DNA of 64,000 bases from positions 512,001 through 576,000 of the forward strand of contig CBDBBI010000010.1 in NCBI GenBank assembly GCA_965202625.1, given 5' to 3'. Position 1 is the stretch's first letter. Each line of letters begins with the position of its first letter. The notes under the pieces are model-generated. The model was not told where the DNA came from and did not search any database. It worked only from the letters and a program-made list of their open reading frames with translations. The position numbers and the translations under genes are program-made. The stretch comes from a bacterium (GTDB taxonomy: Bacteria; UBA8248). Of the stretch, positions 10,307 to 19,057 are shown in pieces.

Positions 10307-11440
10307 ATGGGGACGGATATCCAATGGGAGGCGATTCTCAAGCGCGACGTGAAAGCGGATGGACGTTTTGTCTACGCCGTTCGTTCTACCGGAATTTATT
10401 GTCGTCCCTCGTGCGCGAGTCGAAAACCCAAGAGAGAGAACGTTGTTATTTTCAAACTCCCCGAAATGGCGGAAGAGAGTGGATTCAGACCTTGTCTCAG
10501 GTGTTTTCCCCAGAACGCCGCATACGATCCTAGGTTCGACAAGATAAGAAGAGCGATTTGCTACCTTGAGGAGCGCGTCGAAGAGAGTCCGACCCTCAAA
10601 GAGGTGGGACGCGCAGTCGGCATGAGTCCCCATCATTTGCAGCGGCGCTTCAAGCAGGCGCTTGGTGTGACCCCTCGTCAATATCTTGAGTCCCTTAAGT
10701 TAAGGAAATACAAGAGTTTAATTAAAAATGGACGGGATTTGGCGGGTGCCTGCTACAAGGCCGGATATGGGTCAAGTAGTCGGGTGTATGAGCGCGCGTC
10801 GCACTATATGGGGATGACGCCCGGTGCTTACCAGAAGGGAGGGGAGGGCATCTCGATTCAGTATGGCGTCGCCGAATGCCGACTGGGGAAATTGCTGGTC
10901 GCAGCGACCGAGAAGGGCGTGTGTTGGGTGAGCGTCGGAGAGACGATCGATACCCTCATCCGGAGCATGCAAAGCGAGTTTCCCAAAGCGAATCTGCGCC
11001 GTAACGACCATAATCTCAAAAAATACTTAAAGGTTGTCGCAGGTCTTGCGGAAGGAGAAGCGCGCTTCGTGTCTTTGCCGGTGGATGTGCGTGCCAGCAC
11101 TTTTCAGTGCCGGGTGTGGGAGCGTTTAAAATCCATTCCTCTAGGAATGACAACAACATACAAGGAAATCGCCGGAGAATTGGGCCTGCCCGGAGGTGCT
11201 CGTGCTGTGGGGAGGGCATGCGCGCAGAACCCGGTCGCTCTACTCGTTCCTTGTCATCGGGTGGTGCGGGAGGATGGGTGCCTCGCCGGCTATCGCTGGG
11301 GGGTGGAGCGGAAGAGAAAGTTACTGGATATGGAGAAAAAAAGTCTAAAAACAATTGATTACGTGGAAAGAAATGAAATAAAGCTTGAACCCATGAAAAA
11401 CCCTTCGGCGGCGCTTGGCGGTGGAGATGAATGTATCTAA
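10307..11440 (+). CDS. ada: Bifunctional transcriptional regulator / O6-methylguanine-DNA methyltransferase
   Basis: N-terminal STGIYCRPSC...FRPCLRC Zn site, AraC HTH and C-terminal PCHRV active site; RBS AGGAGG. Confidence 0.95.
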   Translation: MGTDIQWEAILKRDVKADGRFVYAVRSTGIYCRPSCASRKPKRENVVIFKLPEMAEESGFRPCLRCFPQNAAYDPRFDKIRRAICYLEERVEESPTLKEVGRAVGMSPHHLQRRFKQALGVTPRQYLESLKLRKYKSLIKNGRDLAGACYKAGYGSSSRVYERASHYMGMTPGAYQKGGEGISIQYGVAECRLGKLLVAATEKGVCWVSVGETIDTLIRSMQSEFPKANLRRNDHNLKKYLKVVAGLAEGEARFVSLPVDVRASTFQCRVWERLKSIPLGMTTTYKEIAGELGLPGGARAVGRACAQNPVALLVPCHRVVREDGCLAGYRWGVERKRKLLDMEKKSLKTIDYVERNEIKLEPMKNPSAALGGGDECI

Positions 11441-11786
11441 TACCGCTCCGCCGCCGGATGCTCGACCCCGCCGCCGGAAGGCGCGTCAGAGTGTGTGAAG
11501 TTTTTACCGTCTTCGTAGAGACAGCTACGGGGTGTTGTCTTGCCCCTGCTGTTGTCCGACTGGAGTACGTGCGAGACCCCAGAAATCAGGACAGCCCCGG
11601 GAGTGTCTCTTGCAATGTGTGCGAAGGTGTGGGGAGAGGGCTTCTACCTCCGAGGCGTGGTGCCTCGTGCCGAGCGTTGGTCCCGAAGGACTAAGGGGCT
11701 GTATCCCTTCGGGCGTTTACGCCTGAGGGGTATCGTTAACGAGCAGCAAATGCCGCGTAGATTGGTTTTCGGAGTCGTGGCGATCG
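11441..11786. ncRNA. Candidate structured non-coding element of unknown family
   Basis: Dense stem-loops and an 8-bp long-range helix between the convergent ada and amidohydrolase genes (see findings). Confidence 0.3.
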
Positions 11787-13145
11787 TCAAGCACTCTCCG
11801 TTCGCGTGACAACCCTGCCGTGGCCCGCTTGCCCCGTGACGACGCCGTCTTCCATCACGACCACCCCGCGGGAGATCGTCACCTCGGGCGCGCCCTTGAC
11901 TTCCCAGCCGTCGAACGGTGTCCATCCGCACTTGGAGACTACGTCGGCGTCGCGCAGCGTCTCCTCCCGCTCCATGTCCACGATAATAAGGTCTGCATCC
12001 GCGCCCGCCTGGAGGCACCCCTTTTGCGGATAGATGTTGAAAATGCGCGCGGGCGTCTCGCAGCAGATTCTCACCATCTGATTCAGCGTCAGGAGACCCT
12101 CATTCACGGCGTTCAGCATCAGGCGGACCGTCGTCTCCACTCCCGGTATTCCGAAGGGCGCTTCGTGGATGTTCTCCAACCCGTCCTCTTTCCTTCCGCG
12201 GGGGAAAGGGCAGTGGTCGGTTCCGATGCTGTCCACCATGTCACGTCCGAGCGCCTCGCGCATCCCCTCGCGCGTCTCGGCCGAGCGAATCACGGGCGTG
12301 AACTTCACGAACGGGCCCATCTCCGCGAGATGGGAATGGTCGAGGTAGAAATACTGGGGGCAGCTTTCGGCGAAGATGCGCGCTCCGCGCGCGCGCGCCG
12401 CCTGAATGGCTTCGAGAAGGTCGGGCTGGCTCACATGCGCGACCAGTACAGTGCAGCCCGTAAGTTCGGCGAGGGCTACGGCGTCCATCGTCGCCACATA
12501 TTCGCTCTCAGGGTTTCGCCAGTCGCTGACGCACATGTAGTCCGTCCGATCTTCGGCGTCGATGCGCTCCTTCGACTTCTTGAGGATCGAGTCGCTCTCG
12601 CAGTGGAGCATTACCGTCGCCCCGAACATCCGCGCCTCGCGCATGATGTTCATTAGAACGCCCTCCGACAGGTCGGGAACCCCATGAAGTTCACACATGA
12701 ACCCCTTGAAGCCCAGCGCACCGCCCTCCCACATGGGACGCAGGTGCGCGAGGTTGTCCACATCGAGACCTCCGAGTTGTCCGAAATCCACCACCGCGCG
12801 CGAGTCGACATAGGCGGCTTTCTCCTCAAGTATCTCCCGCGTATAGACGAGTGGCTCGCTCCTGTGATGGTCGATCACCGTGGTGACGCCGCCTCTGGCC
12901 GCCGCCTTGGTTCCCGTTGTCCAGTCCTCCCTATCCGTGAAGCCCGGGTCCATCATGTGTACGTGCTCATCCACCATGCCCGGAAGGAGAAAGCGTCCGC
13001 CCGCGTCTATCTCGCGCCGCGCCGCGCCCCCTTCTCCCCTCTGGGTGATGGCGGAAATCTGCCCTGCGTCCACCCGTACGCAGCCTTCATACGTTCCGCC
13101 GGGCGTCACGATTCTCGCGTTGTCGATCAATAGGTCGGAAGCCAT
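11787..13145 (-). CDS. Allantoinase/dihydroorotase-like cyclic amidohydrolase
   Basis: PGMVDEHVH, GGVTTVID, GFKGFM (carbamylated Lys), GTDHCPF and GADADL; ATG 13145 with RBS GGAG. Confidence 0.9.
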   Translation of the reverse strand: MASDLLIDNARIVTPGGTYEGCVRVDAGQISAITQRGEGGAARREIDAGGRFLLPGMVDEHVHMMDPGFTDREDWTTGTKAAARGGVTTVIDHHRSEPLVYTREILEEKAAYVDSRAVVDFGQLGGLDVDNLAHLRPMWEGGALGFKGFMCELHGVPDLSEGVLMNIMREARMFGATVMLHCESDSILKKSKERIDAEDRTDYMCVSDWRNPESEYVATMDAVALAELTGCTVLVAHVSQPDLLEAIQAARARGARIFAESCPQYFYLDHSHLAEMGPFVKFTPVIRSAETREGMREALGRDMVDSIGTDHCPFPRGRKEDGLENIHEAPFGIPGVETTVRLMLNAVNEGLLTLNQMVRICCETPARIFNIYPQKGCLQAGADADLIIVDMEREETLRDADVVSKCGWTPFDGWEVKGAPEVTISRGVVVMEDGVVTGQAGHGRVVTRTESA

Positions 13146-13302
13146 TCGGATACTCCTTTTCGATCGTATGAAGCGTCGTGCGTCAGGGTGAAACGCCGCA
13201 CACTTCAAGAATAGCCGGTATTATTGCGCATTCGCGCACGGGGAACAATCGAGGCATCGGTGCGTGCGGACGCTCTCGGTGGATACGTGTCGATCCGCTT
13301 TC

Positions 13303-14368
13303 TCACCTTCTGGCACGCTCCTCGGGAATCAGGGGCAAGTTGTTCCTGCTCTTGCGCTCGAACTCGGAGAGCGCTTGTTCTATCGCCAGGAATCGCTTCG
13401 CCGTGGAGGGATGGGTGGACCCCGCCAGGTGTATCGACTTCGGATGCGCCGCACCGAGACGCCGCCAGAAGGACGCCGCTCCCCTAAGGTCGTATCCGCC
13501 GCGTCCGGCGTGGTACACGCCCACGTAATCGGCTTCCGCCTCGAACTCCTGAGAGAAGGCGTGTCTCCCCGCCTGCGCGCCGATGTTCGTCACGTCCACG
13601 CCCGACCAGGCGGTGATGGCCGCTCCCAGGAGGGTACCCAGGAGCTGGTTGCCGACCTTCGACTCAATGTGGCCGCGCGTGTTGTGCGCCAGTTCATGTC
13701 CGATGACGAGGGCGAGCTCCGCGTCGTTCCGGGTAAAGCGAAGCATTCCGGTGGTAAGGTAGATTTTCGTCCCGTCCGCCCAAGCGTTCACGTCGTTCTT
13801 GTTGAGGAGATGCACCGGATAGTCGCACGCGGCGGTGGGCTGGAGCGTAAGGTCGCGCGACTCTCCCCGCCGCGCTATGGTGAGCGCAAACTCCGCGCCT
13901 GGGCGGGCGCGGCGCTTTATGGCGTCCCATTTGCTCGGTGCGCCTTTGCCTACTCCGAGGGTTTCTCCGTTCAAGCGGAGAACCCTGTCGCCCACCGCCA
14001 GGCCGGCAGCGTGAGCGGGCGAGTCTTCAACGACATGGGTAACTGTGAGGTGTTCGCCAACATCAAGCGTCGCGCGGGCAATTTCTCGCCATGGGGGTTT
14101 CCAGGCTTCGAGCGTGTGGAGATGAGCGCCGAAACGAGCTCTGACCTTGTCGCCGCAGAGCGCGGCGTTTCCCGGCCATGATCCGAAAGGCGACATCACC
14201 TATTCGCTTTTGGCGGCGAACCCACGTCTCCATCGCCACGATGCGTTGCTTGCGCGCCTCGATTCGGGCGAGTTTATCGTCAACGGTGGGAAAGCTGCTC
14301 CTTGGGGCACACCCGGTGAGGGTCAGGATGCTGATGAGAGTTAGAGAGGCAAAAATCTGTCGTTTCAT
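13303..14368 (-). pseudogene. M48 metalloprotease lipoprotein with PDZ domain, split by a frameshift
   Basis: N-terminal lipobox LTGC (start 14368) is in one frame. PDZ (SPAHAAGLAVGD), HELAH, EAEAD and THP are in another. Frames join by removing 1 nt at ~14168-14173. Confidence 0.75.
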
Positions 14369-14545
14369 CGGTTTTATTCTTCTTCTTTCCAGTAGGGAAT
14401 AGCCCCAGTGCACTGAAGAACCATGCGGACAGCAACCTCTGGCTGGTATCTTTATAGTAATTTTTGATCGCTGACAAAACTTATGTCCCGTAGAGCAGGG
14501 TTTTAAGTTTTTCTCCCTGGGTTTTGGTGGCACGCTCGCTCACCT

Positions 14546-15499
14546 TTATTTTGCGTCCGGCGTTTTCTGGGCACTTTCCAGCCGCCGTCTTTTTTGTATG
14601 ACGCCTGAGAGGCGATACCAGGCCGCGCGACCGGGGTCGATTTCCGCCCCGCGGGCAATCAGACGCGAGGCGAGGGCGAGCTCCTTATTCAGATAGACAA
14701 GCAGGGAGGCGAGGTTCAGAAGGACAGTGGCGTCCTCGGACGATCGATCCGCCGCCTTCTTGAGTATCTCCTCCGCCTCCTCGTAGCGGTATTGGGAAAC
14801 GAGGTATTTTGCGTATTTGTTGACGACGGTCGGATTCTCAGGGGCGAGCTTCCGCGCCTTGCGGTATGCGGCGAGGGTCTCTTCTAGGTCGCCCGCCTCG
14901 TCCATCATCCGCGCCAGGGCGAGCCAGGCTTCCAAATTGTCGGGGTTGAGTGCGAGGGCGCGCCGTATGAGTGCGAGGGCGGCCGCATCCTTTTTTTGTT
15001 TTATGAGGTTTACGGCGCGATCATAAAACGCGCGCGTGGTTTTCTGAAGAATCGAAAATCCCTCCTCCGATTTGATGATTCCCGACGTCTGTCCGAGCGC
15101 GAGGCCGATTACCTCAGCGCGGACGGCGGGGGCCAGCTCTGAGGGTTTCGCCCTGGTCGCGCCGCCATTCGCGTTTTTTCTGAACACATCCGCCACCTCG
15201 TGGAAGGGAACCTTGAGAATCGCGGTTTTGTCAAAAGCCTCTTTCGCCATCTCGTAGGTGGGCAGCGTCAGAACGTGGAAGAAATGTTCTTTCTCCGTTT
15301 TTTGTGATGGCTTTGGCGCGATGTGGGGCGTCTTTTGGGATGCGGGGCGCGCGCGGTCTCTATAGCAGCTCGACAAGAGGACGAGAGTGACAAAAACAGC
15401 GGCGATTTTGCCGCTCTGCCTATTTTTGCGCTTTTTGACGCCGCCCGCTTCAGGTGGAAGCGGCGAGGAGCAATGGCGACTGACGCGCCGACCGCCCAC
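14546..15499 (-). CDS. Putative lipoprotein with PPIase-like and TPR domains
   Basis: Hydrophobic segment ending LLSSC, rotamase-like LALGQTSGIIKSEEGFSIL, TPR repeats (ALALNPDNLEAW); GTG 15499 with RBS GGAG, start uncertain. Confidence 0.65.
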   Translation of the reverse strand: MGGRRVSRHCSSPLPPEAGGVKKRKNRQSGKIAAVFVTLVLLSSCYRDRARPASQKTPHIAPKPSQKTEKEHFFHVLTLPTYEMAKEAFDKTAILKVPFHEVADVFRKNANGGATRAKPSELAPAVRAEVIGLALGQTSGIIKSEEGFSILQKTTRAFYDRAVNLIKQKKDAAALALIRRALALNPDNLEAWLALARMMDEAGDLEETLAAYRKARKLAPENPTVVNKYAKYLVSQYRYEEAEEILKKAADRSSEDATVLLNLASLLVYLNKELALASRLIARGAEIDPGRAAWYRLSGVIQKRRRLESAQKTPDAK

Positions 15500-15633
15500 G
15501 ATGGTCTCCCAGCCTTCGACGGAGGCGCGACAAACAGGGGCGCTCTGTGTGGCGAATGTGCATGGCGAGCCGCACTCCGCATTTTTCAGACGGATTTCGA
15601 CCATCCCTTTATCCCTGAGGATTTTGCGCGAAT

Positions 15634-16323
15634 TCACGATGTGAATCGACATAGAAAGTTTCGCGTATGCGGGGCGCGCGCACCGCCTAAGAGGCGATCG
15701 CGCAAAGCCCGCAAATCCTCCTCATGGTCAACGTCTCGCCATTTGGGCAGGAGCAAGACGCCAAGACCCGGCGCGCGCGCCCGCCGGATGGTGCGAGAGA
15801 GCACCTCGTTTGTGCTCCAGGGGATGCCCGTGAAAAGCGTGGGGAGGGGCTGATTCACACCGATGAGATAGTAGCCCCCGTCCGACGTAGGCCCAAGCGC
15901 GACGGCGGGCTCCTCCTTTCTTTCAAGGAGATGGAACGCCTCGTGCAAAACACGGCGCGGCAGATCTGGAAAATCCGTACCTATGAGCGCCGCGCGCCCC
16001 CCCCCAGCGAGATGCCGCCCCAGTGCCGCCGCCATGCGCGCGCCCAGGTCCGTGCCCGTTTGCGCGCGATGCAAAAAGGGCCCAGGTAGCCATTCGGAGA
16101 GCGGAAACGCATTGAGCGACTCACCTGGCTCCAACGCCCACTCGCAGATGAGGCCGACGCCCGGTCGTTCTGCGCGCAGGGCGAGGGCCGTCTCGGCGGC
16201 GTCGCGCAGAAAGCGCGAATACAGACGCGCGGCGCCCTCTCTCCCAAGCACCGGAATGAGCCTCGTCTTCACCCGACCGACAAGGGGCGGCTTGGCGAAC
16301 AGGATGAGAGATTCCGCCGCCAT
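15634..16323 (-). CDS. TIGR04282/DUF2064 family glycosyltransferase-like protein
   Basis: FAKPPLVGRVKTRL, QTGTDLGARM, IGTDFP, LGPTSDGGYYLIG, IPWST and DVD. Confidence 0.92.
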   Translation of the reverse strand: MAAESLILFAKPPLVGRVKTRLIPVLGREGAARLYSRFLRDAAETALALRAERPGVGLICEWALEPGESLNAFPLSEWLPGPFLHRAQTGTDLGARMAAALGRHLAGGGRAALIGTDFPDLPRRVLHEAFHLLERKEEPAVALGPTSDGGYYLIGVNQPLPTLFTGIPWSTNEVLSRTIRRARAPGLGVLLLPKWRDVDHEEDLRALRDRLLGGARAPHTRNFLCRFTS

Positions 16324-16432
16324 CTGCATTCCTTAAATTGGAGGGCTGTGGAGGAAAACTTCGCCGCTTGCTAGAATCATACCCTGGTTTGGTCATCATT
16401 TCGCGTAACACACGCCACAAAGGACGAACAAA

Positions 16433-16876
16433 ATGGAATTCAATCAAGAGATTACGGTCGCCGCGCCCCGGGAGGAGGTATGGGCTTTCATCTGGCGGGT
16501 CGAGGAGTTCGCCTCCTGCGTTCCCGGCGTGAGGAGTGTGGAGAAGATCGACGAGGCGACCTACGACGTGATTGTCGAGCAGAAGATCAGCTTCCTCAAG
16601 GCACGCTTTCATCTGCGAATCCGGATCGAAGAGGTGCGTGCGCCGGAATATATCCGCACCGTGGGCGAGGGGAAGGACTCCAAAATCGCAGCCAGCCTGA
16701 AGCAGAAAAACGAGGTGATCCTTGATGCGCTCTCTCCGAGCGAGACCAGAGTGCGCATCCGCTCCGGTGTGGACGTGTTTGGAAAACTCGGCTCGCTGGG
16801 CTTCAGCGTCATCAAGAACCAAGCGAACAAGGTTTTTTTCGATTTTGCCAAAAACGTGAAGCAAAAAGTGGAATGA
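16433..16876 (+). CDS. CoxG/SRPBCC domain protein
   Basis: VAAPREEVWAFI...CVPG...GKLGSLG pattern of CoxG. Confidence 0.85.
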   Translation: MEFNQEITVAAPREEVWAFIWRVEEFASCVPGVRSVEKIDEATYDVIVEQKISFLKARFHLRIRIEEVRAPEYIRTVGEGKDSKIAASLKQKNEVILDALSPSETRVRIRSGVDVFGKLGSLGFSVIKNQANKVFFDFAKNVKQKVE

Positions 16877-16958
16877 AGGACAAACTCCCCCTCATCGCGC
16901 GTCGGACGTATTCGAGGGAGGAGCGGATTTCCCTTGATAGGCCAATCCGCCGCAAAGC

Positions 16959-18020
16959 CTAGTCGAACACCACCGCTGCTCTTCCCGTCACCCGATTGTC
17001 GATCAACGCCTGAAATGCAGTTTCCGTCTCCTCCAGCGGGAAAGTTTTAGTCACGATCGGCTTGATCTTTCCTTGTTGCACCAGCGTGAGCGACTGCATG
17101 AGCTCCTCCATTGAGCAATATCGCGAGCCGTGTATCTCCTGCGCGTTGTTGAGCAGATGGAGCGGATCGACGGTGAAACGCGGGGAGATGTCGTCGTAGG
17201 CCGCCGGCGGTCGGTAGCCCACGATCACCAGCTTGCCCGCGCGCGCCAGGCTGGCGAGACCCGCCTCGAGCGTCGTGCGCGAGGCAACGTAGTCGATGTA
17301 GGCGTCCACTCCACGCCCGTTGGTCAGGGCGAGAATTTCCTCGACCGTATCGCTCTTTTCGGGGTTCAGAGTGGCGAAAGCACCCAACCCGGAGACGGTC
17401 TCCAGCTTTTTCTCGGAGACATCGATTCCGATGACGTGGCCGCCGCACACCTGCGCCATCTGCACCGAGTGAATCGCCACGCCGCCGCCCGCGCCCACAA
17501 TCGCCACCACATCCCCCGGTTTTATCTGTGCCTCGGCTACGCAGTTGTGGTAGGGAGTACAGATGGCGTCCGCCGCCACACAGGCGTCGAGGGAGCTAAC
17601 GCCGTCGGGGATTTTGCACAGGTTCACTCCGGGGACAAGCGTGTACTCGGCGTATCCTCCGTCCATGACCAGGCCGAAGAATCCCCTGAAATTCTCGCAG
17701 AGCGTCTCACGTGCGCTGCGACAATATCGGCAGTTGTGGCAGGTGAGATAAAAATGACATGTCACATGGTCTCCCGCCACCACGTTCGTGACGTGCGATC
17801 CCGTTTCGACGACCTCTCCGGCGATCTCGTGTCCCAGTATCCTGGGATAGGCATCTACGAGGCCTGGCGTGCGACGCATGATGACGAGCGTGAGTCCCAC
17901 GCCTGTGGCCTTGAGGCGCACTAGCGCGTCGTTTGACCCGGGCCGGGGGATAGGAACCTCCTCCATCTGAAACGATCCACCCAACTCATGAAGCCGCATT
18001 GCTTGCATCGTGGATGCCAT
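16959..18020 (-). CDS. Zinc-binding alcohol dehydrogenase (MDR family)
   Basis: ILGHEIAG, CxxCxxC...C structural Zn site and GAGGG NAD-binding loop; start ATG 18020. Confidence 0.9.
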   Translation of the reverse strand: MASTMQAMRLHELGGSFQMEEVPIPRPGSNDALVRLKATGVGLTLVIMRRTPGLVDAYPRILGHEIAGEVVETGSHVTNVVAGDHVTCHFYLTCHNCRYCRSARETLCENFRGFFGLVMDGGYAEYTLVPGVNLCKIPDGVSSLDACVAADAICTPYHNCVAEAQIKPGDVVAIVGAGGGVAIHSVQMAQVCGGHVIGIDVSEKKLETVSGLGAFATLNPEKSDTVEEILALTNGRGVDAYIDYVASRTTLEAGLASLARAGKLVIVGYRPPAAYDDISPRFTVDPLHLLNNAQEIHGSRYCSMEELMQSLTLVQQGKIKPIVTKTFPLEETETAFQALIDNRVTGRAAVVFD

Positions 18021-18390
18021 GTCCGAGCTCCCTCGTCTCATTGGATGCGCCAGACGTTCGAATGGGACGCACAACAACGTTGACGTTGATCGTAAAAGCA
18101 TAAACTAAACCTTTTCGGCCGCCCTGGAAAGAAGGAGACACTATATTATAATAATGTTCCACGGTTCGTCTGGCCCTATCCTTTTCGGGCGCGCGCTTGG
18201 TGATGGATGGCGCATATTTCGTCCGAGGTGGTCCGAGAGCCGAATGATGCGCCGGACGCGCTTCTTTTTCGCACGCGCGCACTCTCTCGTTTCCTCTTCC
18301 GTAGGCGCAGGAGCGCCTTTTCTAATCACATGTGAAGTCGTGCTAGAGTTTATTTCTCAAGGTGGTGCCACGAGAAGGAGAGGAGTTTTG

Positions 18391-18780
18391 GTGTTCAAAC
18401 TGTTTTTGCTTTTTACGCTAATCCCCCTCGCCGAATTGATGATTTTGATCGATCTGGGAAAATCCATTGGCTTAGGGCCGACATTGGGAATCGTCATTCT
18501 CACCGGCGTACTGGGCGCGTGGGCGGCGAAAGCCCAGGGACTTTACGTGGTGACGCGCATTCAGGCGGAGATGGCCAACGGAGGGCTTCCCGGGGCGGAG
18601 CTGCTTGACGGAGCCATGGTGCTTGCTGGCGGCGTGATGCTCCTCACGCCTGGCCTTTTGACGGACTCCGCTGGCTTCGCGTTGATGGTCCCCTCTGTCC
18701 GGGCCGCCCTTCGCGCCTGGTTGATGAAAAAAATGGGAAGAATGATCGAACAGGGAAGAGTGCATATCTACCGGGGCTAG
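18391..18780 (+). CDS. fxsA: FxsA family membrane protein
   Basis: LFLLFTLIPLAE...LLTPGLLTD; GTG start 18391 after GGAG. Confidence 0.92.
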   Translation: MFKLFLLFTLIPLAELMILIDLGKSIGLGPTLGIVILTGVLGAWAAKAQGLYVVTRIQAEMANGGLPGAELLDGAMVLAGGVMLLTPGLLTDSAGFALMVPSVRAALRAWLMKKMGRMIEQGRVHIYRG

Positions 18781-19034
18781 GGGGGAGGCGTTTCATGGCC
18801 AGGCGCGCTGAGCACAGAACTGGGTCGATTGTCTCCCGGTGAGGAAAGCGCTTACAGGTTCCCGCCGGCATCGCGAAAAAGAAAGGGAGGGTGCCGACTC
18901 GCCCGTCCGCTTGAGAAGTGCCAACGCGGAGGTTTCAGGACGCATTCTCTCCACCGATGGTCGGCGGGCGTTCATTTTATGTAACACCCCGAGTTTCGAT
19001 GAACGGGGCGAGGCTACGCACAAAATATTATAAA

Positions 19035-19050
19035 TTATTCATATGAATAA
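19035..19050. promoter_or_regulatory. Perfect 16-bp palindrome, candidate operator
   Basis: TTATTCATATGAATAA next to a minus-strand TATAAT (19032-19027). Confidence 0.4.
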
Positions 19051-19057
19051 CATAAAA

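Noticed and set aside
11555-11590. Group II intron domain V (TCGCACGTAC on the minus strand)
   Set aside because: No AGC/CGC catalytic triad with a correct DV stem, and no reverse transcriptase nearby
11735-11786. tmRNA tag-like reading (…YAAFAAR*) on the minus strand
   Set aside because: No tRNA-like acceptor or T-arm ends; the peptide does not end in AA-stop and abuts the amidohydrolase stop
16885-16952. Two hairpins between coxG and the ADH gene
   Set aside because: Short stems between convergent genes; most simply transcript-end structures
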